A DNA stretch of 63,880 nucleotides, filler included, from Vicugna vicugna (Eukaryota), in the NCBI GenBank assembly GCA_013265495.1. It is 79 parts of 76 records of this genome, joined end to end, with 100 filler letters (N's around TTAATTAATTAA, not from the genome) between each part and the next. Parts side by side here need not be neighbours in the genome. Positions count along the whole stretch, not along the records: positions 25,243 to 25,849 come from PNXW01010265.1; positions 25,950 to 26,253 come from PNXW01010267.1; positions 26,354 to 26,946 come from MU059609.1; positions 27,047 to 27,942 come from MU059610.1; positions 28,043 to 28,323 come from PNXW01010274.1; positions 28,424 to 29,038 come from MU059612.1; positions 29,139 to 29,897 come from MU059615.1; positions 29,998 to 30,941 come from MU059616.1; 71 more parts are not named here. The stretch is one strand, 5' to 3'. The notes beneath the pieces were generated by a model. That model ran no database searches. It was not told the origin of the DNA and saw only the letters and a list, made by a program, of their open reading frames with translations. Each line of letters starts with the position of its first letter. Position 1 is the first letter of the stretch. The position numbers were made by a program, and so were the translations under genes. Shown here piece after piece: positions 25,143 through 36,677 of the stretch.

Positions 25143-25949
25143 NNNNNNNNNNNNNNNNNNNNNNNNNNNNNNNNNNNNNNNNNNNNTTAATTAATTAANN
25201 NNNNNNNNNNNNNNNNNNNNNNNNNNNNNNNNNNNNNNNNNNCTGGCTGGAGGATTTCCACCAACAGCACTGATTTCCCCCAACAGCTTGGTCCTCTCCC
25301 ACCCCCGGATGTGAGGCTGGGAGCTCTCTGAGTAGGGCAGTCAGAGGCCAAGGCCACCAATCAGAAAATGATGAAGTAACTGCAAGTGGGTTTAATAGAA
25401 GAAAAGGGCTTCCAAGTTGTCTGATGGGCTGTTCGAGTCCGTTTGGTGAAAAACTGTCCACTGTCTGTGGTTGAGCTGCTTATTTGCTGTTGAAAAGTCT
25501 GGATTAGATGAAGGGATTTTAAAAAGCAGAAAGGAGTGATTTCAGGTGGTACGTCCACACCGGTGAGAAATGATGGATGACCGCCTGTGTGAGGCATAGA
25601 CAGAGTCTTACAAACTTCATAAAATAACTTTAAAAGCTCTTCCATCTGAGTGCACTTCATATGGGGTCCAGTTCATCACTGGTGACGCTGAGAATGCAAA
25701 TAATTGATGATGGCAGAAAGGACACGGAGGCATCAAAAAGGTCTCAGTAATTTTCCCTTTTTAAAGGATGCAGCACAGTGTAATATATTTGAGCTGGTTT
25801 TAAGTTTTAGTGTTTTCTGGGACTCCCCAGTGCCCCAAAGTTCCGTGCANNNNNNNNNNNNNNNNNNNNNNNNNNNNNNNNNNNNNNNNNNNNTTAATTA
25901 ATTAANNNNNNNNNNNNNNNNNNNNNNNNNNNNNNNNNNNNNNNNNNNN

Positions 25950-26253
25950 GAATATAGAATATAGAATATAGAATAATGAGCACAATATATAGAAAAGAGA
26001 ATATAGAACCCAGAATTTAAAACATGGTATGCAGAACACAGAATTTAGAATATAGAATAACGAATAATTTATATAGAATATGAATATACAATATCGAACA
26101 CAGAATTTAGAATATAGAATAGAGAATACTGAAAATAGAATTCAGAATATACAATGTAGAACACACAATATAGAATATAGAATACGGAATACAGAATATA
26201 GAATACAGAATACTGAATATAAAATTTCGAATATAGAATGTAGATCACAGAAT
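25950..26253 (+). repeat. Satellite family B
   Basis: Heptamer periodicity. Confidence 0.95.
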
Positions 26254-26353
26254 NNNNNNNNNNNNNNNNNNNNNNNNNNNNNNNNNNNNNNNNNNNNTTA
26301 ATTAATTAANNNNNNNNNNNNNNNNNNNNNNNNNNNNNNNNNNNNNNNNNNNN

Positions 26354-26946
26354 GCCAAGCAGAGCTGGACGGCTCCAGCAGGGAGGGAGTGGCAAAGGAG
26401 GACTGGCCCTCGCTCGCTGGGTCTCCCCTCCCCAACTGAGAGGCCAGCGGGATGGAGGGGGAGCCTCCGAGGCTCGGATCTGCACAGAGCAGNNNNNNNN
26501 NNNNNNNNNNNNNNNNNNNNNNNNNNNNNNNNNNNNNNNNNNNNNNNNNNNNNNNNNNNNNNNNNNNNNNNNNNNNNNNNNNNNNNNNNNNNNNNNNNNN
26601 NNNNNNNNNNNNNNNNNNNNNNNNNNNNNNNNNNNNNNNNNNNNNNNNNNNNNNNNNNNNNNNNNNNNNNNNNNNNNNNNNNNNNNNNNNNNCTCCATAA
26701 AACGGCTGATGTGCTCTGGGGGAAGGGTGCCTACCCCCATCTCTGAGAACCCGCGGAAACTTTTTGGGGAAAGAGAGGCGGGGCTCAGGCACAGCAGCCA
26801 TATCCTCCTGCGCGGAGCACCCAGGCGGGGGCGGGGGCGAAACCTGCATCCCGAAGGGCTCAGCAGCCTCAAAGGCCAGACTGAGATGGGCCTATAGCCC
26901 AGGGCAGATAGGATCCTTCCACCCTGGTCCCTCAGAGAACTTGCTC
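26354..26946 (+). mobile_element. Probable young LINE-1 5' UTR (GC-rich), gapped
   Basis: gagggagtggcaaaggaggactggccctcgc...ggatggagggggagcctccga resembles artiodactyl L1 promoter regions; recognition from memory only. Confidence 0.45.
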
Positions 26947-27046
26947 NNNNNNNNNNNNNNNNNNNNNNNNNNNNNNNNNNNNNNNNNNNNTTAATTAATT
27001 AANNNNNNNNNNNNNNNNNNNNNNNNNNNNNNNNNNNNNNNNNNNN

Positions 27047-27942
27047 GAACATGCGAATGACTGATGTTTCAACCACCAAACAAGTTACTTACGCACACTG
27101 AAATATTTATTTTGACTTCGTAGTTTCTTAGTATCACCAGTTTTAAGAATCACACTTTGATCCCACAAAAAAACTCTTGGAGCGAATTCTACCCTAGAGA
27201 TATGTAATTTGAATCGATTCCCTCTACATGATATTCCGTGTTCTTTACATGCTACATACATTACGGATTTGACAAACATGCATTCCTGAGTTGAGGGCAT
27301 GTGGATTACTAATCTTTCATCCTCTATAAATGAAGTATTTTCATCTAGACACGTGTACACATTTTCACAAGCATTCCCTAACACCAGGTTCGAATTCATG
27401 CATTTTTCACAGAAAAATAGTTCTGGAGCGATTTCCACCTAACAGATATGTAATTTACATGAATTCCTTCAACATGGCATTCCGGGTTCCGTACATGCTA
27501 CATGCATGACGGTTTTGGCAATCATGCGTTTCTGACTTGTGAGCATGTGGATTACAGANNNNNNNNNNNNNNNNNNNNNNNNNNNNNNNNNNNNNNNNNN
27601 NNNNNNNNNNNNNNNNNNNNNNNNNNNNNNNNNNNNNNNNNNNNNNNNNCACCAGAAAACACTCTTTGAGCGAATTCTCACCAATAAACATGTAATTTAC
27701 ATTGTTTACATAACCATGGCATTCCGTATTACGAGCATGTTTCATGCATCACGGATTCCTCAAACATGCATTTCTGAGTTGTAAACATGCGCATGACTGA
27801 TGTTTCAACCACCAAATTTTTACCTATACACACTGAAATATTTACTTTGACTTTGAAGATTCTTTGTATCACCAGTTTCAAGAATGACACTTTGATTCCA
27901 AAAAACCCTCTTGGAGCGAATTCTTCCCTAGAGATATGTAAT
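27047..27942. repeat. Satellite family C, just over one full trimer
   Basis: catgcg(a/c)atgactgatgtttcaaccacc at 27050 and 27786 (~736 bp across an estimated gap). Confidence 0.92.
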
Positions 27943-28042
27943 NNNNNNNNNNNNNNNNNNNNNNNNNNNNNNNNNNNNNNNNNNNNTTAATTAATTAANN
28001 NNNNNNNNNNNNNNNNNNNNNNNNNNNNNNNNNNNNNNNNNN

Positions 28043-28323
28043 TTACAGACTTTTCACCCTCCGAACATGGCGTATATAGACTTAGAAGTATTTACTCAGA
28101 CTTCATAGTTTATTCCTATCATCAGGTTCTAAAATCGGACATATGACACCAGAAAACACTCTTTCAGTGAATTCTCACCAATACACATGTAATTTTCATT
28201 GTTTACATAACCATGGAATTCCGTATTACGAGCATGTTTCATGCATCACGGATTCCTCAAACATGCATTTCTGAGTTGTGAACATGCGCATGACTGATGT
28301 TTCAACCACCAAACAAGTTACCT
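28043..28323. repeat. Satellite family C
   Basis: Same landmarks. Confidence 0.9.
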
Positions 28324-28423
28324 NNNNNNNNNNNNNNNNNNNNNNNNNNNNNNNNNNNNNNNNNNNNTTAATTAATTAANNNNNNNNNNNNNNNNNNNNN
28401 NNNNNNNNNNNNNNNNNNNNNNN

Positions 28424-29038
28424 TTCATACGCAACTGTTAAGAAAGAAAGTAATTGCTGCCAGTCTTCTAGATACCCTGCAATGAATTCAAGAGTTGAAT
28501 TATGGAGAATTACCTGGATAAATCAAGTTATAAGAAGATTATCAGTGGTGCAGCATTTAGCCTCTAATGAAAAGACCAGAATCACTCTTTCGATGGAATC
28601 TCAAAGTACGCTCAGTTCTTTCCTGGTTTCTAGGACCAGGAAGAGCAGTACTACCTTTCTCTACCTAAAAAGGAATTTGGAGGAGGTGGAGGAGGAGGAG
28701 GTGAAGGTGGAGGAGGAGGTAGAGGTGAAGGAGGAGGAGNNNNNNNNNNNNNNNNNNNNNNNNNNNNNNNNNNNNNNNNNNNNNNNNNNNNNNNNNNNNN
28801 NNNNNNNNNNNNNNNNNNNNNNNNNNNNNNNNNNNNNNNNNNNNNNNNGGTGGAGGAGGAGGAGGAGGAGGTGGAGGAGGAGGTGGAGGAGGATTATTAC
28901 TACAATCCTCAAGATTCTGTCTAATTTCCAATATAATATTTAATTAAAGCTACATCATACGCAACTGTTAACAAAGAATGTAATTACTGCCATTCTTCCA
29001 TATAGCCTGCAATGAATTCAAGAGTTGAATTATGGAGA
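28424..29038. repeat. ~530-bp tandem unit with internal (GGA/GGT)n tract
   Basis: 28425-28508 recurs diverged at 28956-29038; GGAGGAGGT tract at 28679-28893 with an internal gap. Confidence 0.8.
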
Positions 29039-29138
29039 NNNNNNNNNNNNNNNNNNNNNNNNNNNNNNNNNNNNNNNNNNNNTTAATTAATTAANNNNNN
29101 NNNNNNNNNNNNNNNNNNNNNNNNNNNNNNNNNNNNNN

Positions 29139-29897
29139 AGAATGTAGAACAAAGAATATAGAATATACAATACGGAATACAGAATACAGTATACAGAACA
29201 TAGAATGAAGAAGACAGAATATAGAATATTGACTAGAGTATCTGGAACTCATAATTGAGAACATGGAATGCAGAACACAGAATTTAGAATATAAACACCG
29301 ATTTCTGAATTTAGAATTAAGAATATAGAATGTAGTACTCAGAATTTAGAATATAGAATAGAGAATACTGAATATAGAATTTAGAATATTGAATGTAGAA
29401 CACAGAATATTGAATATAGAATACAGAATATAGAAAACAATATTTAGAACATGGAATGCATAACACAGAATTTAAAATATAGAATACCGAATACTGAATA
29501 TAGAATATGGAATATAGACTGTAGAACACAGAATATGGAATACGGCATGCAAAATATACAATAAAGAATATAGAAGGCANNNNNNNNNNNNNNNNNNNNN
29601 NNNNNNNNNNNNNNNNNNNNNNNNNNNNNNNNNNNNNNNNNNNNNNNNNNNNNNNNNNNNNNNNNNNNNNNNNNNNNNNNNNNNNNNNNNNNNNNNNNNN
29701 NNNNNNNNNNNNNNNNNNNNNNNNNNNNNNNNNNNNNNNNNNNNNNNNNNNNNNNNNNNNNNNNNNNNNNNNNNNNNNNNNNNNNNNNNNNNNNNNNNNN
29801 NNNNNNNNNNNNNNNNNNNNNNNNNNNNNNNNNNNNNNNNNNNNGAATATAGAATACAGAATATTGAATGCAGAACACAGAATATAGAATATGGAAA
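29139..29897 (+). repeat. Satellite family B (gapped)
   Basis: Heptamer periodicity. Confidence 0.95.
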
Positions 29898-30448
29898 NNN
29901 NNNNNNNNNNNNNNNNNNNNNNNNNNNNNNNNNNNNNNNNNTTAATTAATTAANNNNNNNNNNNNNNNNNNNNNNNNNNNNNNNNNNNNNNNNNNNNAGC
30001 AAATGTGTATAAGCTCCTACTACGTACGGGAATCTCCTAACTTGACCCGTTCCGAAGGCTCTCGGGCTTTATCAGCCAACAAAATAGACATGACTCCCCA
30101 TCACAGGGGGCTCAGAGTTTTAGCAGAGGAAACAGGCAGCATGTTGGGGGTAGAAAGAGCTTGGAAAAATTAAAAAAAACGAGTGCTATGAGCAAACTCG
30201 GGTGATGGCAATGTGGTGGGAGGCAGGCAGGAGGGAATAGGCAATCCTGGCAGATCTCACGGAGTAATGAACTTGAAGCAGAATAGATCCGGAGGAAGAA
30301 GGAANNNNNNNNNNNNNNNNNNNNNNNNNNNNNNNNNNNNNNNNNNNNNNNNNNNNNNNNNNNNNNNNNNNNNNNNNNNNNNNNNNNNNNNNNNNNNNNN
30401 NNNNNNNNNNNNNNNNNNNNNNNNNNNNNNNNNNNNNNNNNNNNNNNN

Positions 30449-30539
30449 AATTTATTTATTTTAATGAAGGTGCTAGGGATTGAACCCAGGATCTCATACA
30501 TGCTAAGCATGTGCCCTACCACTGAGCTACACCCACCCC
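30449..30539 (-). mobile_element. tRNA-derived SINE resembling camelid Vic-1
   Basis: Minus strand GGGGTGGGTGTAGCTCAGTGGTAGGGCACATGCTTAGCATGTATGAGATCCTGGGTTCAATCCCTAGCACCTTCATTAAAATAAATAAA: pol III A box, B box and (TAAA)n tail. Confidence 0.8.
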
Positions 30540-31638
30540 TTCAATGTATCCTTTTACCGGCTCCCAATGACTCTGTGTGGATGAGAGATTGTAGGAAAGC
30601 AAAGATGGAAACAGGAGGCTATTGGTGTCCAGAAAGGGCTGAATGTGGCTTTTAGGAGGGCGGGGAGCAGGGAGCAGGTGTTTAATGAAGACAGAGTATC
30701 AAGAATTTTCTAACAAGCTGGATTTGCTGTCTGTGTGTGTGAGAGAAAGAGAGAGAAGGAACATTTTTCCAACATCTGGACCTGGACAATGAGAGGGATG
30801 TCCTCTCCATCCACAGTGGATGGGACAAGGTGGGGCTGAGCAGGTGGAAAGGGGCTGTTATCAGCTCAGTTCTTCAATATCATGGTTAAGGGGTGTATTA
30901 CATATTGCCAGAGAAATGCCTAATAGGTAGAGGAGTTTGCTNNNNNNNNNNNNNNNNNNNNNNNNNNNNNNNNNNNNNNNNNNNNTTAATTAATTAANNN
31001 NNNNNNNNNNNNNNNNNNNNNNNNNNNNNNNNNNNNNNNNNTGAACGGAGCCAGCCTTGGTGTAGCACAGTTCTGGCAGCTATGCCTTCAGCAGTGCCGT
31101 TTCCTAAACCTGACACCTCATCTCCAAGGAGCAGAAGGGTAGTGTGGGCATGTAGATCACAGGGCCCTGTGAGGACAAGTACAGATCATGGCCACGACAT
31201 GCCTCTCCCCTTCCTTAAGCCATAGAGGAATGTCNNNNNNNNNNNNNNNNNNNNNNNNNNNNNNNNNNNNNNNNNNNNNNNNNNNNNNNNNNNNNNNNNN
31301 NNNNNNNNNNNNNNNNNNNNNNNNNNNNNNNNNNNNNNNNNNNNNNNNNNNNNNNNNNNNNNNNNNNNNNNNNNNNNNNNNNNNNNNNNNNNNNNNNNNN
31401 NNNNNNNNNNNNNNNNNNNNNNNNNNNNNNNNNNNNNNNNNNNNNNNNNNNNNNNNNNNNNNNNNNNNNNNNNNNNNNNNNNNNNNNNNNNNNNNNNNNN
31501 NNNNNNNNNNNNNNNNNNNNNNNNNNNNNNNNNNNNNNNNNNNNNNNNNNNNNNNNNNNNNNNNNNNNNNNNNNNNNNNNNNNNNNNNNNNNNNNNNNNN
31601 NNNNNNNNNNNNNNNNNNNNNNNNNNNNNNNNNNNNNN

Positions 31639-31810
31639 GGGGTAGGCAGAAGAGCTCGTCTGCACTTCCAAGGCAGAGTGGGGCCTTTGACCTAATCACA
31701 GGGACAAAGTGAGGACGAATTTTTCCCTGCTCTGTCCCGTTCTCCGTGACACGCCTTTCCCTGCATAAGGAGCTCATTCAGAAGCCCCTGGCAGTGTTTC
31801 TGATGTCCTA
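31639..31810 (+). repeat. Multi-copy segment G, copy 1
   Basis: Collinear with 63439-63615. Confidence 0.85.
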
Positions 31811-32425
31811 NNNNNNNNNNNNNNNNNNNNNNNNNNNNNNNNNNNNNNNNNNNNTTAATTAATTAANNNNNNNNNNNNNNNNNNNNNNNNNNNNNNNNNN
31901 NNNNNNNNNNGAAAAATAAAGGATGCCAACCATGGGGTGAAACAAACAAAGTAAAATAAAGGAAAGCAAAACAAAAACAACTTCAGGGGTAGTGAAGTCA
32001 ACTTCAGGTGGGGGAAGGGATTCATAGTGGGATTTTGGAGAAGGTGTAGGAGGGGGCAGAGGGGGCTCAGCCCTAGGGGGTGATGATGCCTGAACAGNNN
32101 NNNNNNNNNNNNNNNNNNNNNNNNNNNNNNNNNNNNNNNNNNNNNNNNNNNNNNNNNNNNNNNNNNNNNNNNNNNNNNNNNNNNNNNNNNNNNNNNNNNN
32201 NNNNNNNNNNNNNNNNNNNNNNNNNNNNNNNNNNNNNNNNNNNNNNNNNNNNNNNNNNNNNNNNNNNNNNNNNNNNNNNNNNNNNNNNNNNNNNNNNNNN
32301 NNNNNNNNNNNNNNNNNNNNNNNNNNNNNNNNNNNNNNNNNNNNNNNNNNNNNNNNNNNNNNNNNNNNNNNNNNNNNNNNNNNNNNNNNNNNNNNNNNNN
32401 NNNNNNNNNNNNNNNNNNNNNNNNN

Positions 32426-32988
32426 GCGGCAGGCTCTTCAGGAGCGGCAGGCTCAACAGGAGTGGCAACATCAGCAGGAGCTGCAGGCTCTTCAGGAGCG
32501 GCAGGCTCTTCAGGAGCGGCTAGGTCAGCAGGAGTGGCAGGCTCTTCAGGAGCAGCTAGGTCAGCAGGAGCAGCCGGCTCTTCAGGAGCTGCAGGCTCAA
32601 CAGGAGTGGCAACATCAGCAGGAGCAGCACGCTCTTCAGGAAGGGCAGGCTCTTGAGGAGCGGCAGGCTCTTCAGCAGCGGCAAGATCAGGAGGCTCTTC
32701 CGGAGCGGCAGGCTCTTCAGGAGCGGCTTGATCAGCAGGAGCGTCAGGCTCTTCAGGAAGGGCAGGCTCTTCAGGAGCGGCAGGCTCTTCAGGAGCGGCA
32801 GGTTCTTTAGGAGCGGCTAGATCAGTAGGAGCAGCAGGCTCTTCAGGAGTGGCAGGCTCCTCACGAGCAGCAAGATGAGCAGGAGCTGCAGGATCTTCAG
32901 GAGCGGCTAGATCAGCAGGAGCTTCAGGCTCTTCAGGAGCGATGTCAGGCTCTTCAGGAGTGGCAGGCTCTTCAGCAGCGGCAAGATC
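32426..32988 (-). CDS. Partial ORF: Pro/Glu/Ala-rich hexapeptide-repeat protein (PEEPAA/PADLAA)n encoded by an 18-bp minisatellite
   Basis: Manual translation gives ~188 codons without a stop, bounded by N on both sides; unit-length changes are multiples of 3; frequent synonymous third-position variation. Confidence 0.55.
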
Positions 32989-33665
32989 AGNNNNNNNNNN
33001 NNNNNNNNNNNNNNNNNNNNNNNNNNNNNNNNNNTTAATTAATTAANNNNNNNNNNNNNNNNNNNNNNNNNNNNNNNNNNNNNNNNNNNNTGAGAACTAT
33101 GGAACCTCGCTGATACTGGCAGAATAATACGGAGTACCAACGTGGATTTGAGGAAGTACCTCAATTCTCTGCTCCAAGAACGGGTCCAAGATCCCTGACA
33201 TCTAAAAGAGAAGAGATGGCAGAGGTGATCAAAACGCTCATGTTCTTGGAAGAGGTCGTGAGCATCCACAAGTCCCAACGTGCATTTCCAAGCCATTCAG
33301 ACCAAAGTGCACCAAGCCCAGGTAAGCCTTTTCCCAGGTTTGGGCCTAGCTAGCAAGCACTTGCTCTTCCCTCCCCACCCTCCACTCAGGCATCCATTTG
33401 GAAGGATCAGTACCTGAGCTGCAATGAAGCCAGTACGAGAAGGGCAAGCCCCTCCTCGAATCAGAGTTCCTCCAGCTTAACACTCTGTGAACAACAATGA
33501 ACACCTTAAAGGTCTAAAAATCTCGACTGAAATAGATAGGATATGAATAATTATCTCACACAAAGNNNNNNNNNNNNNNNNNNNNNNNNNNNNNNNNNNN
33601 NNNNNNNNNTTAATTAATTAANNNNNNNNNNNNNNNNNNNNNNNNNNNNNNNNNNNNNNNNNNNN

Positions 33666-34008
33666 ACATGGAATGCAGAACACAGAATTTAGAATAGAGA
33701 ATACATAATAATGAATATATAATTAAGAACATTGAATGCAGAACACAGAATTTAGTCTATAGTATACAGAATACTGAATATAGAATTTAGAATATAGAAT
33801 GAAGAACACAAAATATAGAATATAGAATAGAAAATTTAGAATCCATAATTTAGAACATGGAATGCAGAACACAGAATTTAGTCTATAGTATACAGAATAC
33901 TGAATATAGAATTTAGAATATAGAATGTAGAACACAAAATATAGAATATAGAATAGAAAATATAGAATCAAGAATTTAGAACATGGAATGCAGAACACAG
34001 AATTTAGA
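33666..34008 (+). repeat. Satellite family B with 126-bp higher-order unit
   Basis: gaatgcagaacacagaattt at 33734, 33860 and 33986. Confidence 0.92.
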
Positions 34009-34654
34009 NNNNNNNNNNNNNNNNNNNNNNNNNNNNNNNNNNNNNNNNNNNNNNNNNNNNNNNNNNNNNNNNNNNNNNNNNNNNNNNNNNNNNNNNNNNN
34101 NNNNNNNNNNNNNNNNNNNNNNNNNNNNNNNNNNNNNNNNNNNNNNNNNNNNNNNNNNNNNNNNNNNNNNNNNNNNNNNNNNNNNNNNNNNNNNNNNNNN
34201 NNNNNNNNNNNNNNNNNNNNNNNNNNNNNNNNNNNNNNNNNNNNNNNNNNNNNNNNNNNNNNNNNNNNNNNNNNNNNNNNNNNNNNNNNNNNNNNNNNNN
34301 NNNNNNNNNNNNNNNNNNNNNNNNNNNNNNNNNNNNNNNNNNNNNNNNNNNNNNNNNNNNNNNNNNNNNNNNNNNNNNNNNNNNNNNNNNNNNNNNNNNN
34401 NNNNNNNNNNNNNNNNNNNNNNNNNNNNNNNNNNNNNNNNNNNNNNNNNNNNNNNNNNNNNNNNNNNNNNNNNNNNNNNNNNNNNNNNNNNNNNNNNNNN
34501 NNNNNNNNNNNNNNNNNNNNNNNNNNNNNNNNNNNNNNNNNNNNNNNNNNNNNNNNNNNNNNNNNNNNNNNNNNNNNNNNNNNNNNNNNNNNNNNNNNNN
34601 NNNNNNNNNNNNNNNNNNNNNNNNNNNNNNNNNNNNNNNNNNNNNNNNNNNNNN

Positions 34655-34783
34655 GGGAAGGGATAGACTGGGATTTCAAAATTGTAGAACAGATAAACAA
34701 GATTACACTGTATAGCACAGGAAAATATTCACAAAAGTTTATGATAAATTACAGAGAAAAAATGTGACAATGAGTGTGTATAT
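34655..34783 (+). mobile_element. LINE-1 3' UTR (camelid-like)
   Basis: gggaagggatagactgggatttcaaaattgtagaa...ataaacaagattacactgtatagcacagg. Confidence 0.75.
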
Positions 34784-34883
34784 NNNNNNNNNNNNNNNNN
34801 NNNNNNNNNNNNNNNNNNNNNNNNNNNTTAATTAATTAANNNNNNNNNNNNNNNNNNNNNNNNNNNNNNNNNNNNNNNNNNNN

Positions 34884-35304
34884 AGTTGTGAACATGCACA
34901 TGACAGATGTTTCAACAACCAAACAAGTGACCTACGCACTCTGAAATATTTAGTTTTACTTTGTAGCTTCTTCCTATCACCAGTTTCAAGAATCACACTT
35001 TGATCCCACAAAAACTCTCTTGGAGCGAATTCTTCCCTAGAGATATGTAATTTGAATAGATTCCATCTACATGATATTCCGTGTTCCGTACATGCTACAT
35101 ACATGACTGATACATGACTGATTCGACAAACATGCACTCCTGAGTTGAGGTCATCTGGATTACTAATCTTTCCTCCTCTATAAAACTAATACTTTCATCT
35201 AGACACGTGTACACATTTTCACAAGCTTTTCCTAAAACCAGGTTCGAATTTGTGAATTATTCACAAAAAAAATTTCTGGAGCGATTTCCACCTAATAGGT
35301 ATTT
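34884..35304. repeat. Satellite family C
   Basis: Same landmarks; 11-bp duplication atacatgactg near 35099-35120. Confidence 0.9.
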
Positions 35305-35404
35305 NNNNNNNNNNNNNNNNNNNNNNNNNNNNNNNNNNNNNNNNNNNNTTAATTAATTAANNNNNNNNNNNNNNNNNNNNNNNNNNNNNNNNNNNNNNNN
35401 NNNN

Positions 35405-36304
35405 TTTATCATAAATGGGTATTGAATTTTATCAAAAGCTTTTTCTGCAACTATTGAGGTGATCATATGGTTTTTATTTTTTAATTTGTTAATGTGGACT
35501 ATACTAGTTATAGTAATCAAAGTAGTATGGTACTGGCACAGAAACAGACACATGGATCAGTGAGTGGAACAGGATAGAAAGTCAAGAAATATACCCATGC
35601 ACTTATGATCAATTTATTTACAACAATGGGAGCAAGAACATATAATGGAGATAAGACAGTCTCTTCAATAAGTGATGCTGAAAAAACTGGACAGGTACTT
35701 GTAAAAGACTGAAATTAGAACATTTTCTAACACCATATATAAAAATAAACTCAAAATGGATTAAAGACCTAAATAAGAGACTATAAAACTCCTAGAGGAA
35801 AACATAGGCAGAACAGTCTTTGACATAAATCACAGCAATATTTTCTGAACCAACTCCTGGAGGAATGGAAATAAAAGCAAAATGATCAAATAGGATCTAA
35901 TTAAACCTAAAAGTTTTGCACAGCTAAAGATGCCATCAACAAAACAAAAAGACAACCTACAGAATGGGAGAAAATATTTGCAAATAATGTGACTGACAAG
36001 CAGCTATTTTCCAAAATATACAAAGAGCTCATAGAGCTTAATATAAAAAACAAGCAACCCAATGAAAAAATGGGAGAGCAACCCAATAATGGGAGGAAGA
36101 CCCAAGAAGATAGACAGCTCTACAAAGAAGCCATCCATATGGCCAAAAAGCACATGGAAAGATGCTCATCATCACTAATTGTTAGAGAAATGTAAAACAA
36201 AACTACAGTGAAGTATCATCTTACACCAGTTAGACTGGCCATTATTAAAAATTCCACAAAGGATAAATGCTGGAGAGACTGTGGAGAAAAATGAATCCTC
36301 CTAC
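35405..36304 (+). mobile_element. LINE-1 ORF2 relic with inverted 5' segment
   Basis: 35405-35497 is minus-strand RT region ([30 protein letters not shown]); 35498-36304 is plus-strand ORF2 C-terminal region ([16 protein letters not shown]...HMERCSSSLIVREM). Confidence 0.9.
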
Positions 36305-36404
36305 NNNNNNNNNNNNNNNNNNNNNNNNNNNNNNNNNNNNNNNNNNNNTTAATTAATTAANNNNNNNNNNNNNNNNNNNNNNNNNNNNNNNNNNNNNNNN
36401 NNNN

Positions 36405-36677
36405 GCTTCACGAACTCAGCTTGCTGTTTCATAGGCCTTCTGTTGGTGCTCTCATCTGTGCTGCTCTCAGTGGCTGTTGGCCAGCAGACTGTGCCCCCTC
36501 CTAACAGTAGGTCAGGAGCTGAGCTCTTACCCAGTGGGTGGGCAGGTCACTCCCCCTCCTGATGCCACAGTCAGATGCTGTGCTTGGGGGGAAGCAGGTG
36601 GGCAGATCACACCCCGTCCCAGCACCGTGGTCAGGTGCTGTGTTCCTGCCAGGAAGGTGAGTGGCTGCCCACCTGCC
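36405..36677 (-). mobile_element. Possible LINE-1 5' UTR fragment
   Basis: Internal ~60-bp repeat (gtgggcag.tcac.cccc.tcc...cac.gtcag.tgctgtg) resembling L1 5' arrays; weak recognition. Confidence 0.4.

Noticed and set aside
28482..28943. Poly-Glu / poly-Pro ORFs
   Set aside because: Simple GGA repeat translated; no flanking protein signal.
30449..30539. tRNA gene
   Set aside because: Acceptor stem is imperfect and it runs into a (TAAA)n tail; it is a tRNA-derived SINE.
32426..32990. Plus-strand QERQAL (trichohyalin-like) or SGAAGS (fibroin-like) repeat protein
   Set aside because: QERQAL frame has TAG stops near 32808 and 32826, SGAAGS frame stops at 32656; only the minus PEEPAA frame is fully open. 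A decayed QERQAL gene cannot be entirely excluded.
33091..33330. Possible exon ending CAG|gtaagc
   Set aside because: Good donor but no visible acceptor, stops in the frames tested and no recognisable protein.
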